A stretch of DNA of 64,000 nucleotides from Eledone cirrhosa. Lineage: Eukaryota. Under the pieces are notes generated by a model. It worked only from the letters and a program-made list of their open reading frames with translations. It did no database searches and was not told the origin of the DNA. Position numbers and translations under genes: made by a program. Below, one piece after another: positions 13,101 through 26,800 of the stretch. Numbering within the stretch: position 1 is the stretch's first letter; each line of letters starts with the position of its first letter. Where the stretch lies: NCBI GenBank assembly GCA_964016885.1, contig OZ024752.1, forward strand, positions 21,824,001-21,888,000. The letters run 5' to 3'.

Positions 13101-16100
13101 GTTGTGTATATGTAACTAAAACATGGTGTATTGGTCAATGAGGGTGGTGTGAGGTGTTGTGTATATGTAACTAAAACATGTTCTATTGGTCAATGACATT
13201 GGTGTGAGGTGTTGTGTATATGTAACTAAAACATGGTCTATTGGTCAATGAGAATGGTGTGAGGTGTTGTGTATATGTAACTAAAACATGGTCTATTGGT
13301 CAATGAGTGTGGTGTGAGGTGTTGTGTATATGTAACTAAAACATGCTCTATTGGTCATTGAGAGTGGTGTGGGGTGTTGTCTATATGTAACTAAAACATG
13401 GTCTATTGGTCAATGAGAGTGGTGTGTGGTGTTGTGTATATGTAAGTAAAACATGGTCTATTGGTCAATGAGTGTGGTGTGAGGTGTTGTGTATGTGTAA
13501 CTAAATCATTGTCTATTGGTCAATGAGAGTGGTGTGTGGTGTTGTGTATATGTAAGTAAAACATGGTCTATTGGTCAATTAGAATATTGTGAGGTGTTGT
13601 GTATATGTAACTAAAACATGGTGTATTGGTCAATGAGGGTGGTGTGAGGTGTTGTGTATATGTAACTAAAACATGTTCTATTGGTCAATGACATTGGTGT
13701 GAGGTGTTGTGTATATGTAACTAAAACATGGTCTATTGGTCAATGAGAATGGTGTGAGGTGTTGTGTATATGTAACTAAAACATGGTCTATTGGTCAATG
13801 AGTGTGGTGTGAGGTTTTGTGTATATGTAACTAAAACATGGTCTATTGGTCAATGAGAATGGTATGAGGTGTTGTGTATATGTAACTAAAACATGGTCTA
13901 TTGGTCAATGAGTGTGGTGTGAGGTTTTGTGTATGTGTAACTAAAACATGGTCTATTGGTCAATGAGAATGGTGTGAGGTGTTGTGTATATGTAACTAAA
14001 ACATGGTCTATTCGTCAATGAGTGTGGTGTGAGGTTTTGTGTATATGTAACTAAAACATGGTCTATTGGTCAATGAGAATGGTATGAGGTGTTGTGTATA
14101 TGTAACTAAAACATGGTCTATTGGTCAATGAGAGTGGTGTGAGGTGTTGTGTATATGTAACTAAAACATGGTCTATTGGTCAATGAGAGTGGTGTGAGGT
14201 GTTGTGTATATGTAACTAAAGAATAGTCTATTGGTCAATGAGAGTGGTGTGAGGTGTTGTGTATATGTAACTAAAACATGGTCTATTGGTCAATGAGAAT
14301 GGTGTGAGGTGTTGTGTATATGCAACTAAAACATGGTCTATTGGTCAATGAGATTGGTGTGTGGTGTTGTGTATATGTAACTAAAACATGATCTATTGGT
14401 CAATGGAAGTGGTGTGAGGTGTTGTGTATATGTAACTAAATCATGGTCTATTGGTCAATGAGAATGGTCTGAGGTGTTGTCTATATGTAACTAAAACATG
14501 ATCTATTGGTCAATGGAAGTGGTGTGAGGTGTTGTGTATATGTAACTAAAACATTATCTATTGGTCAATGAGAGTGGTGTGAGGTGTTGTGTATATGTAA
14601 CTAAAACATGGTCTATTGGTCAATGACAGTGGTGTGAGGTTTTGTGTATATGTAACTAAAACATGATCTATTGGTCAATGGGAGTGGTGTGAGGTGTTGT
14701 GTATATGTAACTAAAACATGGTCTATTGGTCAATGAGAGTGGTGTGAGGTGTTGTGTATATGTAACTAAAACATGGTCTATTGGTCAATGACAGTGGTGT
14801 GAGGTGTTGTGTATATGTAACTAAAACATGATCTATTGGTCAATGTGGGTGGTGTGAGGTGTTATGTATATGTAACTAAAACATGGTCTATTGGTCAATG
14901 AGAGTGGTGTGAGGTGTTGTGTATATGTAACTAAAACATGGTCTATTGGTCAATGACAGTGGTGTGAGGTGTTGTGTATATGTAACTAAAACATGGTCTA
15001 TTGGTCAATGAGAATGGTCTGAGGTGTTGTGTATATGTAATGAAAAAATGTTTATTGGTCAATGACAGTGGTGTGAGGTGTTGTGTATATGTAACTAAAA
15101 CATGATCTATTGGTCAATGAGAGTGGTGTGAGGTGTTGTGTATATGTAACTAAAACATGTTCTATTGGTCAATGAGAGTGGTGTGAGGTGTTGTGTATAT
15201 GTAACTAAAACATGGTCTATTGGTCAATGACAGTGGTGTGAGGTGTTGTGTATATGTAACTAAAACATGTTCTATTGGTCAATGACAGTGGTGTGAGGTG
15301 TTGTGTATATGTAACTAAAACATGGTCTATTGGTCAATGAGACTGGTCTGAGGTGTTGTGTATATGTAATTAAAAAATGTTTATTGGTCAATGAGAATGG
15401 TGTGAGGTGTTGTGTATATGTAACTAAAACATGATCTATTGGTCAATGAGAGTGGTGTGAGGTGTTGTTTATATGTAACTAAAACATGGTCTATTGGTCA
15501 ATCAGAATATTGTGAGGTGTTGTGTATATGTAACTAAAACATGGTGTATTGGTCAATGAGGGTGGTGTGAGGTATTGTGTATATGTAACTAAAACATGTT
15601 CTATTGGTCAATGACATTGGTGTGAGGTGTTGTGTATATGTAACTAAAACATGGTGTATTGGTCAATGGGAGTGGTGTGAGGTGTTGTGTATATGTAACT
15701 AAAACATGGTCTATTGGTCAATGAGAATGGTGTGAGGTGTTGTGTATATGTAACTAAAACATTGTCTATTGGTCAATGCGAGTGGTGTGAGGTGTTGTGT
15801 ATATTTAACTAAAACATGGTCTATTGGTCAATGAGTGTGGTGTGAGGTGTTGTGTATATGTAACTAAAACATGCTCTATTGGTCATTGAGAGTGGTGTGG
15901 GGTGTTGTGTTTATGTAACTAAAACATGGTCTATTGGTCAATGAGAGTGGTGTGAGGTGTTGTGTATATGTAACTAAAACATGGTCTATTGGTCAATGAG
16001 TGTGGTGTGAGGTTTTGTGTATATATAACTAAAACATGGTCTATTGGTCAATGAGTGTGGTGTGAGGTTTTGTGTATGTGTAACTAAAACATGGTCTATT

Positions 16101-19100
16101 GGTCAATGAGGGTGGTGCGAGGTGTTGTGTATATGTAACTAAAACATGGTCTATTGGTCAATGAGAGTGGTGTGAGGTGTTGTGTATATGTAACTAAAAC
16201 ATGGTCTATTGGTCAATGAGTGTGGTGTGAGGTTTTGTGTATGTGTAACTAAAACATGGTCTATTGGTCAATGAGTGTGGTGTGAGGTGTTGTGTATATG
16301 TAACTAAAACATGGTCTATTGGTCAATGGGAGTGGTGTGAGGTGTTGTGTATATGTAACTAAAACATGGTCTATTGGTCAATGAGTGTGGTGTGAGGTTT
16401 TGTGTATGTGTAACTAAAACATGGTCTATTGGTCAGTGAGTGTGGTGTGAGGTTTTGTGTATGTGTAACTAAAACATGGTCTATTGGTCAATGAGAGTGG
16501 TGTGAGGTGTTGTATATATGTAACTAAAACATGGTCTATTGGTCAATGACAGTGGTGTGAGGTGTTGTGTATATGTAACTAAAACATGGTCTATTGGTCA
16601 ATGAGAATGGTGTGAGGTGTTGTGTATATGTAACTAAAACATGGTCTATTGGTCAATGAGTGTGGTGTGAGGTTTTGTGTATGTGTAACTAAAACATGGT
16701 CTATTGGTCAATGAGAATGGTGTGAGGTGTTGTGTATATGTAACTAAAACATGGTCTATTGGTCAATGAGGGTGGTGTGAGGTGTTGTGTATATGTAACT
16801 AAAACATGGTCTATTGGTCAATGAGAATGGTGTGAGGTGTTGTGTATATGTAACTAAAACATGGTCTATTGGTCAATGAGGGTGGTGTGAGGTGTTGTGT
16901 ATATGTAACTAAAACATGGTCTATTGGTCAATGAGAATGGTGTGAGGTGTTGTGTATATGTAACTAAAACATGGTCTATTGGTCAATGAGTGTGGTGTGA
17001 GGTTTTGTGTATGTGTAACTAAAACATAGTCTATTGGTCAATGAGGGTGGTGTGAGGTGTTGTGTATATGTAACTAAAACATGGTCTATTGGTCAATGAG
17101 AATGGTCTGAGGTGTTGTGTATATGTAACTAAAACATGATCTATTGGTCAATGAGAGTGGTGTGAGGTTTTGTGTATATGTAAATAAAACATGGTCTATT
17201 GGTCAATGAGATTGGTGTGTGGTGTTGTGTATATGTAACTAAAACATGATCTATTGGTCAATGAAAGTGGTGTGAGGTGTTGTGTATATGTAACTAAAGA
17301 ATAGTCTATTGGTCAATGAGAGTGGTGTGAGGTGTTGTGTATATGTAACTAAAACATGGTCTATTAGTCAATGAGAATGGTGTGAGGTGTTGTGTATATG
17401 TAACTAAAACATGATCTATTGGTCAATGAGAGTGGTGTGAGGTGTTGTGTATATGTAACTAAAACATGGTCTATTGGTCAATGAGAATGGTCTTAGGTGT
17501 TGTCTATATGTAACTAAAACATGATCTATTGGTCAATGGAAGTGGTGTGAGGTGTTGTGTATATGTAACTAAAACATGATCTATTGGTCAATGGGAGTGG
17601 TGTGAGGTGTTGTGTATATGTAACTAAAACATGGTCTATTGGTCAATGAGAGTGGTGTGAGGTGTTGTGTATATGTAACTAAAACATGGTCTATTGGTCA
17701 ATGACAGTGGTGTGAGGTGTTGTGTATATGTAACTAAAACATGGTCTATTGGTCAATGACAGTGGTGTGAGGTGTTGTGTATATGTAACTAAAACATGGT
17801 CTATTGGTCAATGAGAATGGTCTGAGGTGTTGTGTATATGTAATGAAAAAATGTTTATTGGTCAATGAGAATGGTGTGAGGTGTTGTGTATATGTAACTA
17901 AAACATGATCTATTGGTCAATGAGACTGGTCTGAGGTGTTGTGTATATGTAATTAAAAAATGTTTATTGGTCAATGAGAATGGTGTGAGGTGTTGTGTAT
18001 ATGTAACTAAAACATGATCTATTGGTCAATGAGAGTGGTGTGAGGTGTTGTGTATATGTAACTAAAACATGGTCTATTGGTCAATGAGGGTGGTGTGAGG
18101 TGTTGTGTATATGTAACTAAAACATGTTCTATTGGTCAATGACATTGGTGTGAGGTGTTGTGTATATGTAAATAAAACATGGTCTATTGGTCAATGAGAG
18201 TGGTGTGAGGTGTTGTGTATATGTAACTAAAACATGGTCTATTGGTCAATGAGAGTGGTGTGAGGTGTTGTGTATATGTAACTAAAACATGGTCTATTGG
18301 TCAATCAGAATATTGTGAGGTGTTGTGTATATGTAACTAAAACATGGTCTATTGGTCAATGAGGGTGGTGTGAGGTGTTGTGTATATGTAACTAAAACAT
18401 GTTCTAATGGTCAATGACATTGGTGTGAGGTGTTGTGTATATGTAACTAAAACATGGTGTATTGGTCAATGGGAGTGGTGTGAGGTGTTGTGTATATGTA
18501 ACTAAAACATGGTCTATTGGTCAATGAGAATGGTGTGAGGTGTTGTGTATATGTAACTAAAACATGTTCTATGGGTCAATGAGAGTGGTGTGAGGTGTTG
18601 TGTATATGTAACTAAAACATGGTCTATTGGTCAATGACAGTGGTGTGAGGTGTTGTGTATATGTAACTAAAACATGATCTATTGGTCAATGAGAGTGGTG
18701 TGAGGTGTTGTGTATATGTAACTAAAACATGGTGTATTGGTCAATGTGGGGGGTGTGAGGTGTTGTGTATATGTAACTAAAACATGGTCTATTGGTCAAT
18801 GTGGGGGGTGTGAGGTGTTGTGTATATGTAACTAAAACATGTTCTATTGGTCAATGACATTGGTGTGAGGTGTTGTGTATATGTAACTAAAACATGGTCT
18901 ATTGGTCAATGACAGTGGTGTGAGGTGTTGTGTATATGTAACTAAAACATAGTCTATTGGTCAATGAGAGTGGTGTGAGGTGTTGTGTATATGTAACTAA
19001 AACATGGTCTATTGGTCAATGACAGTGGTGTGAGGTGTTGTGTATATGTAACTAAAACATGGTCTATTGGTCAATGAGGGTGGTGTGAGGTGTTGTGTAT

Positions 19101-20800
19101 GTGTAACTAAAACATGGTCTATTGGTCAATGAGAGTGGTGTGAGGTGTTGTGTATATGTAACTAAAACATGATCTATTGGTCAATGGGATTGGTGTGAGG
19201 TGTTGTGTATATGTAAATTAAAACATGGTCTATTGGTCAATGAGAGTGGTGTGAGGTGTTGTGTATGTGTAACTAAAACATGGTCTATTGGTCAATTAGG
19301 GTGGTGTGAGGTGTTGTGTATGTGTAACTAAAACATGGTCTATTGGTCAATGAGAATGGTGTGAGGTGTTGTGTATGTGTAACTAAAACATGGTCTATTG
19401 GTCAATGAGAGTGGTGTGTGGTGTTGTGTATGTGTAACTAAATCATTGTCTATTGGTCAATGAGAGTGGTGTGAGGTGTTGTCTATATGTAACTAAAACA
19501 TGGTCTATTGGTCAATGGGGAATGGTGTGAGGTGTTGTGTATATGTAACTAAAACATGGTCTATTGGTCAATGACATTGGTGTGAGGTGTTGTGTATATG
19601 TAACTAAAACATGGTCTATTGGTCAATGACAGTGGTGTGAGGTGTTGTGTATATGTAACTAAAACATAGTCTATTGGTCAATGAGAGTGGTGTGAGGTGT
19701 TGTGTATATGTAACTAAAACATGGTCTATTGGTCAATGACAGTGGTGTGAGGTGTTGTGTATATGTAACTAAAACATGGTCTATTGGTCAATGAGGGTGG
19801 TGTGAGGTGTTGTGTATGTGTAACTAAAACATGGTCTATTGGTCAATGAGAGTGGTGTGAGGTGTTGTGTATATGTAACTAAAACATGATCTATTGGTCA
19901 ATGGGATTGGTGTGAGGTGTTGTGTATATGTAAATTAAAACATGGTCTATTGGTCAATGAGAGTGGTGTGAGGTGTTGTGTATGTGTAACTAAAACATGG
20001 TCTATTGGTCAATTAGGGTGGTGTGAGGTGTTGTGTATGTGTAACTAAAACATGGTCTATTGGTCAATGAGAATGGTGTGAGGTGTTGTGTATGTGTAAC
20101 TAAAACATGGTCTATTGGTCAATGAGAGTGGTGTGTGGTGTTGTGTATGTGTAACTAAATCATTGTCTATTGGTCAATGAGAGTGGTGTGAGGTGTTGTC
20201 TATATGTAACTAAAACATGGTCTATTGGTCAATGGGGAATGGTGTGAGGTGTTGTGTATATGTAACTAAAACATGGTCTATTGGTCAATGAGAGTGGTGT
20301 GAGGTGCTGTGTATATGTAAGTAAAACATGTTCTATTGGTCAATGACATTGGTGTGAGGTGTTGTGTATATGTAACTAAAACATGGTCTATTGGACAATG
20401 AGAATGGTGTGAGGTGTTGTGTATGTGTAACCAAAACATGGTCTATTGGTCAATGCAAGTGGTGTGAGGTGTTGTGTATATGTAACTAAAACATGGTCTA
20501 TTGGTCAATGTGGGGGGTGTGAGGTGTTGTGTATATGTAACTAAAACATGGTGTATTGGTCAATGAGGGTGGTGTGAGGTGTTGTGTATATGTAACTAAA
20601 ACATGTTCTATTGGTCAATGACATTGGTGTGAGGTGTTGTGTATATGTAACTAAAACATGGTCTATTGGTCAATGAGAATGGTGTGAGGTGTTGTGTATA
20701 TGTAACTAAAACATGGTCTATTGGTCAATGAGTGTGGTGTGAGGTGTTGTGTATATGTAACTAAAACATGCTCTATTGGTCATTGAGAGTGGTGTGGGGT
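5565..20800. repeat. Large tandem block duplication (offset 7808, later 6708 bp) with copy-specific nested duplications
   Basis: AATGAAAAAATGTTT at 7231/15039 (offset 7808 = 142 units - 2) and 11134/17842 (offset 6708 = 122 units - 2). Copy 1 has extra 17- and 3-unit duplications (CATAG at 9217, 10152, 10317). Copy 2 has a 13-unit duplication (TAAATTA at 19214/19931). Confidence 0.9.
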
Positions 20801-23800
20801 GTTGTGTTTATGTAACTAAAACATGGTCTATTGGTCAATGAGTGTGGTGTGAGGTTTTGTGTATGTGTAACTAAAACATGGTTTATTGGTCAATGAGGGT
20901 GGTGTGAGGTGTTGTGTATATGTAACTAAAACATGGTCTATTGGTCAATGAGAGTGGTGTGAGGTGTTGTGTATATGTAACTAAAACATGGTCTATTGGT
21001 CAATGAGAGTGGTGTCAGGTGTTGTGTATATGTAACTAAAACATGGTCTATTTGTCAATGAGGGTGGTGTGAGGTGTTGTGTATATGTAACTAAAACATG
21101 GTCTATTGGTCAATGAGTGTGGTGTGAGGTTTTGTGTATGTGTAACTAAAACATGGTCTATTGGTCAATGAGGGTGGTGTGAGGTGTTGTGTATATGTAA
21201 CTAAAACATGGTCTATTGGTCAATGAGTGTGGTGTGAGGTTTTGTGTATGTGTAACTAAAACATGGTCTATTGGTAAATGAGGGTGGTGTGAGGTGATGT
21301 GTATATGTAACTAAAGCATGGTCTATTGGTCAATGTGAGTGGTGTGAGGTGTTGTGTATATGTAACTAAAACATGGTCTATTGGTCAATGAGAGTGGTGT
21401 GAGGTGCTGTGTATATGTAACTAAAACATGGTCTATTGGTCAATGAGTGTGGTGTGAGGTTTTGTGTATGTGTAACTAAAACATGGTCTATTGGTCAATG
21501 AGGGTGGTGTGAGGTGTTGTGTATATGTAACTAAAACATGGTCTATTGGTCAATGAGAGTGGTGTCAGGTGTTGTGTATATGTAACTAAAACATGGTCTA
21601 TTGGTCAATGAGTGTGGTGTGAGGTGTTGTGTATATGTAACTAAAACATGGTCTATTGGTCAATGGGAGTGGTGTGAGGTGTTGTGTATATGTAACTAAA
21701 ACATGGTCTATTGGTCAATGAGAGTGGTGTGAGGTGTTGTGTATATGTAACTAAAACATGGTCTATTGGTCAATGAGGGTGGTGTGAGGTGTTGTGTATA
21801 TGTAACTAAAGATTCGTCTATTGGTCAATGAGAGTGGTGTGAGGTGTTGTGTATATGTAACTAAAACATGGTCTATTGGTCAATGAGTGTGGTGTGAGGT
21901 GTTGTGTATATGTAACTAAAACATGGTCTATTGGTCAATGAGAATGGTATGAGGTGTTGTGTATATGTAACTAAAGATTGGTCTATTGGTCAATGACAGT
22001 GGTGTGAGGTGTTGTGTATATGTAACTAAAACATGGTCTATTGGTCAATGAGTGTGGTGTGAGGTGTTGTGTATATGTAACTAAAACATGGTCTATTGGT
22101 CAATGAGTGTGGTGTGAGGTGTTGTGTATATGTAACTAAAACATGGTCTATTGGTCAATGGGAGTGGTGTGAGGTGTTGTGTATATGTAACTAAAACATG
22201 GTCTATTGGTCAATGAGGGTGGTGTGAGGTGTTGTGTATGTGTAACTAAAACCTGGTCTATTGGTCAATGAGGGTGGTGTGAGGTGTTGTGTATGTGTAA
22301 CTAAAACATGGTCTATTGGTCAATGAGGGTGGTGTGAGGTGTTGTGTATGTGTAACTAAAACATGGTCTATTGGTCAATGACAGTGGTGTGAGGTGTTGT
22401 GTATATGTAACTAAAACCTGGTCTATTGGTCAATGAGAGTGGTGTGAGGTGTTGTGTATGTGTAACTAAAACATGGTCTATTGGTCAATGAGGGTGGTGT
22501 GAGGTTTTGTGTATGTGTAACTAAAACATGGTCTATTGGTCAATGACAGTGGTGTGAGGTGTTGTGTATATGTAACTAAAACCTGGTCTATTGGTCAATG
22601 AGAGTGGCGTGAGGTGTTGTGTATGTGTAACTAAAACCTGGTCTATTGGTCAATGAGGGTGGTGTGAGGTGTTGTGTATGTGTAACTAAAACCTGGTCTA
22701 TTGGTCAATGAGTGTGGTGTGAGGTGTTGTGTATATGTAACTAAAACATGGTCTATTGGTCAATGACAGTGGTGTGAGGTGTTGTGTATATGTAACTAAA
22801 ACCTGGTCTATTGGTCAATGAGAGTGGTGTGAGGTGTTGTCTATGTGTAACTAAAACCTGGTCTATTGGTCAATGAGGGTGGTGTGAGGTGTTGTGTATG
22901 TGTAACTAAAACATGGTCTATTGGTCAATGAGGGTGGTGTGAGGTGTTGTGTATGTGTAACTAAAACATGGTCTATTGGTCAATGACAGTGGTGTGAGGT
23001 GTTGTGTATGTGTAACTAAAACATGGTCTATTGGTCAATGAGGGTGGTGTGAGGTGTTGTGTATGTGTAACTAAAACATGATCTATTGGTCAATGAGAGT
23101 GGTGTGAGGTGTTGTGTATATGTAACTAAAACATGGTCTATTGGTCAATGAGTGTGGTGTGAGGTGTTGTGTATGTGTAACTAAAACATGTTCTGTTGGT
23201 CAATGAGGGTGCTGTGAGGTGTTGTGTATATGTAACTAAAACATGGTCTATTGGTCAATGAGGGTGGTGTGAGGTGTTGTGTATATGTAACTAAAACATG
23301 GTCTATTGGTCAATGGGATTGGTGTGAGGTGTTGTGTATGTGTAACTAAAACATGGTCTATTGGTCAATGAGGGTGGTGTGAGGTGTTGTGTATATGTAA
23401 CTAAAACATGGTCTATTGGTCAATGAGGGTGGTGTGAGGTGTTGTGTATATGTAACTGAAACATGGTCTATTGGTCAATGAGGGTGGTGTGAGGTGTTGT
23501 GTATATGTAACTAAAACATGGTCTATTGGTCAATGAGGGTGGTGTGAGGTGTTGTGTATATGTAACTGAAACATGGTTTATTGGTCAATGAGAGTGGTGT
23601 GAGGTGTTGTGTATATGTAACTAAAACATGGTCTATTGGTCAATGAGGGTGGTGTGAGGTGTTGTGTATGTGTAACTAAAACATGGTCTATTGGTCAATG
23701 AGAATGGTGTGAGGTGTTGTGTATATGTAACTAAAACATGGTCTATTGGTCAATGAGGGTGGTGTGAGGTGTTGTGTATATGTAACTTAAACATGGTCTA

Positions 23801-26800
23801 TTGGTCAATGAGGGTGGTGTGAGGTGTTGTGTATATGTAACTAAAACATGGTCTATTGGTCAATGGGGGTGGTGTGAGGTGTTGTGTATATGTAACTAAA
23901 ACATTGTCTATTGGTCAATGACAGTGGTGTGAGGTGTTGTGTATATGTAACTAAAACATGGTCTATTGGTCAATGAGAATGGTGTGAGGTGTTGTGTATG
24001 TGTAACTAAATCATTGTCTATTGGTCAATGAGAGTGGTGTGAGGTGTTGTCTATATGTAACTAAAACATGCTCTATTGGTCAATGAGGGTGGTGTGAGGT
24101 GTTGTGTATGTGTAACTAAAACATGGTCTATTGGTCAATGAGAATGGTGTGAGGTGTTGTGTATATGTAACTAAAACATGGTCTATTGGTCAATGAGGGT
24201 GGTGTGAGGTGTTGTGTATGTGTAGCTAAAACATGGTCTATTGGTCAATGACAGTGGTGTGAGGTGTTGTGTATATGTAACTAAAACATGCTCTATTGGT
24301 CAATGAGGGTGGTGTGAGGTGTTGTGTATATGTAACTAAAACATTGTCTATTGGTCAATGAGAGTGGTGTGAGGTGTTGTGTATGTGTAACTAAATCATT
24401 GTCTATTGGTCAATGAGAGTGGTGTGAGGTGTTGTCTATATGTAACTAAAACATGGTCTATTGGTCAATGAGTGTGGTGTGAGGTGTTGTGTATGTGTAA
24501 CTAAATCATTGTCTATTGGTCAATGAGGGTGGTGTGAGGTGTTGTGTATATGTAACTAAAACATGGTCTATTGGTCAATGAGAATGGTGTGAGGTGTTGT
24601 GTATATGTAACTAAAACATGGTCTATTGGTCAATGAGTGTGGTGTGAGGTTTTGTGTATGTGTAACTAAAACATAGTCTATTGGTCAATGAGGGTGGTGT
24701 GAGGTGTTGTGTATATGTAACTAAAACATGGTCTATTGGTCAATGAGAATGGTCTGAGGTGTTGTGTATATGTAACTAAAACATGATCTATTGGTCAATG
24801 AGAGTGGTGTGAGGTGTTGTGTATATGTAAATAAAACATGGTCTATTGGTCAATGAGATTGGTGTGTGGTGTTGTGTATATGTAACTAAAACATGATCTA
24901 TTGGTCAATGAAAGTGGTGTGAGGTGTTGTGTATATGTAACTAAAGAATAGTCTATTGGTCAATGAGAGTGGTGTGAGGTGTTGTGTATATGTAACTAAA
25001 ACATGGTCTATTAGTCAATGAGAATGGTGTGAGGTGTTGTGTATATGTAACTAAAACATGATCTATTGGTCAATGAGAGTGGTGTGAGGTGTTGTGTATA
25101 TGTAAATAAAACATGGTCTATTGGTCAATGAGATTGGTGTGTGGTGTTGTGTATATGTAACTAAAACATGATCTATTGGTCAATGAGAGTGGTGTGAGGT
25201 GTTGTGTATATGTAAATAAAACATGGTCTATTGGTCAATGAGATTGGTGTGTGGTGTTGTGTATATGTAACTAAAACATGATCTATTGGTCAATGAAAGT
25301 GGTGTGAGGTGTTGTGTATATGTAACTAAAACATGGTCTATTGGTCAATGAGAATGGTCTGAGGTGTTGTCTATATGTAACTAAAACATGATCTATTGGT
25401 CAATGGAAGTGGTGTGAGGTGTTGTGTATATGTAACTAAAACATTATCTATTGGTCAATGAGAGTGGTGTGAGGTGTTGTGTATATGTAACTAAAACATG
25501 ATCTATTGGTCAATGGGAGTGGTGTGAGGTGTTGTGTATATGTAACTAAAACATGGTCTATTGGTCAATGAGAGTGGTGTGAGGTGTTGTGTATATGTAA
25601 CTAAAACATGGTCTATTAGTCAATGACAGTGGTGTGAGGTGTTGTGTATATGTAACTAAAACATGGTCTATTGGTCAATGACAGTGGTGTGAGGTGTTGT
25701 GTATATGTAACTAAAACATGGTCTATTGGTCAATGAGAATGGTCTGAGGTGTTGTGTATATGTAATGAAAAAATGTTTATTGGTCAATGAGAATGGTGTG
25801 AGGTGTTGTGTATATGTAACTAAAACATGATCTATTGGTCAATGAGACTGGTCTGAGGTGTTGTGTATATCTAATTAAAAAATGTTTATTGGTCAATGAG
25901 AATGGTGTGAGGTGTTGTGTATATGTAACTAAAACATGATCTATTGGTCAATGAGAGTGGTGTGAGGCGTTGTGTATATGTAACTAAAACATGGTCTATT
26001 GGTCAATGAGGGTGGTGTGAGGTGTTGTGTATATGTAACTAAAACATGTTCTATTGGTCAATGACATTGGTGTGAGGTGTTGTGTATATGTAAATAAAAC
26101 ATGGTCTATTGGTCAATGAGAGTGGTGTGAGGTGTTGTGTATATGTAACTAAAACATGGTCTATTGGTCAATCAGAATATTGTAAGGTGTTGTGTATATG
26201 TAACTAAAACATGGTCTATTGGTCAATGAGGGTGGTGTGAGGTGTTGTGTATATGTAACTAAAACATGTTCTAATGGTCAATGAGGGTGGTGTGAGGTGT
26301 TGTGTATATGTAACTAAAACATGGTCTATTGGTCAATGAGGGTGGTGTGAGGTGTTGTGTATATGTAACTAAAACATGGTGTATTGGTCAATGGGAGTGG
26401 TGTGAGGTGTTGTGTATATGTAACTAAAATATGGTCTATTGGTCAATGAGAATGGTGTGAGGTGTTGTGTATATGTAACTAAAACATGTTCTATGGGTCA
26501 ATGAGAGTGGTGTGAGGTGTTGTGTATATGTAACTAAAACATGGTCTATTGGTCAATGACAGTGGTGTGAGGTGTTGTGTATATGTAACTAAAACATGAT
26601 CTATTGGTCAATGAGAGTGGTGTGAGGTGTTGTGTATATGTAACTAAAACATGGTGTATTGGTCAATGTGGGGGGTGTGAGGTGTTGTGTATATGTAACT
26701 AAAACATGTTCTATTGGTCAATGACATTGGTGTGAGGTGTTGTGTATATGTAACTAAAACATGGTCTATTGGTCAATGACAGTGGTGTGAGGTGTTGTGT

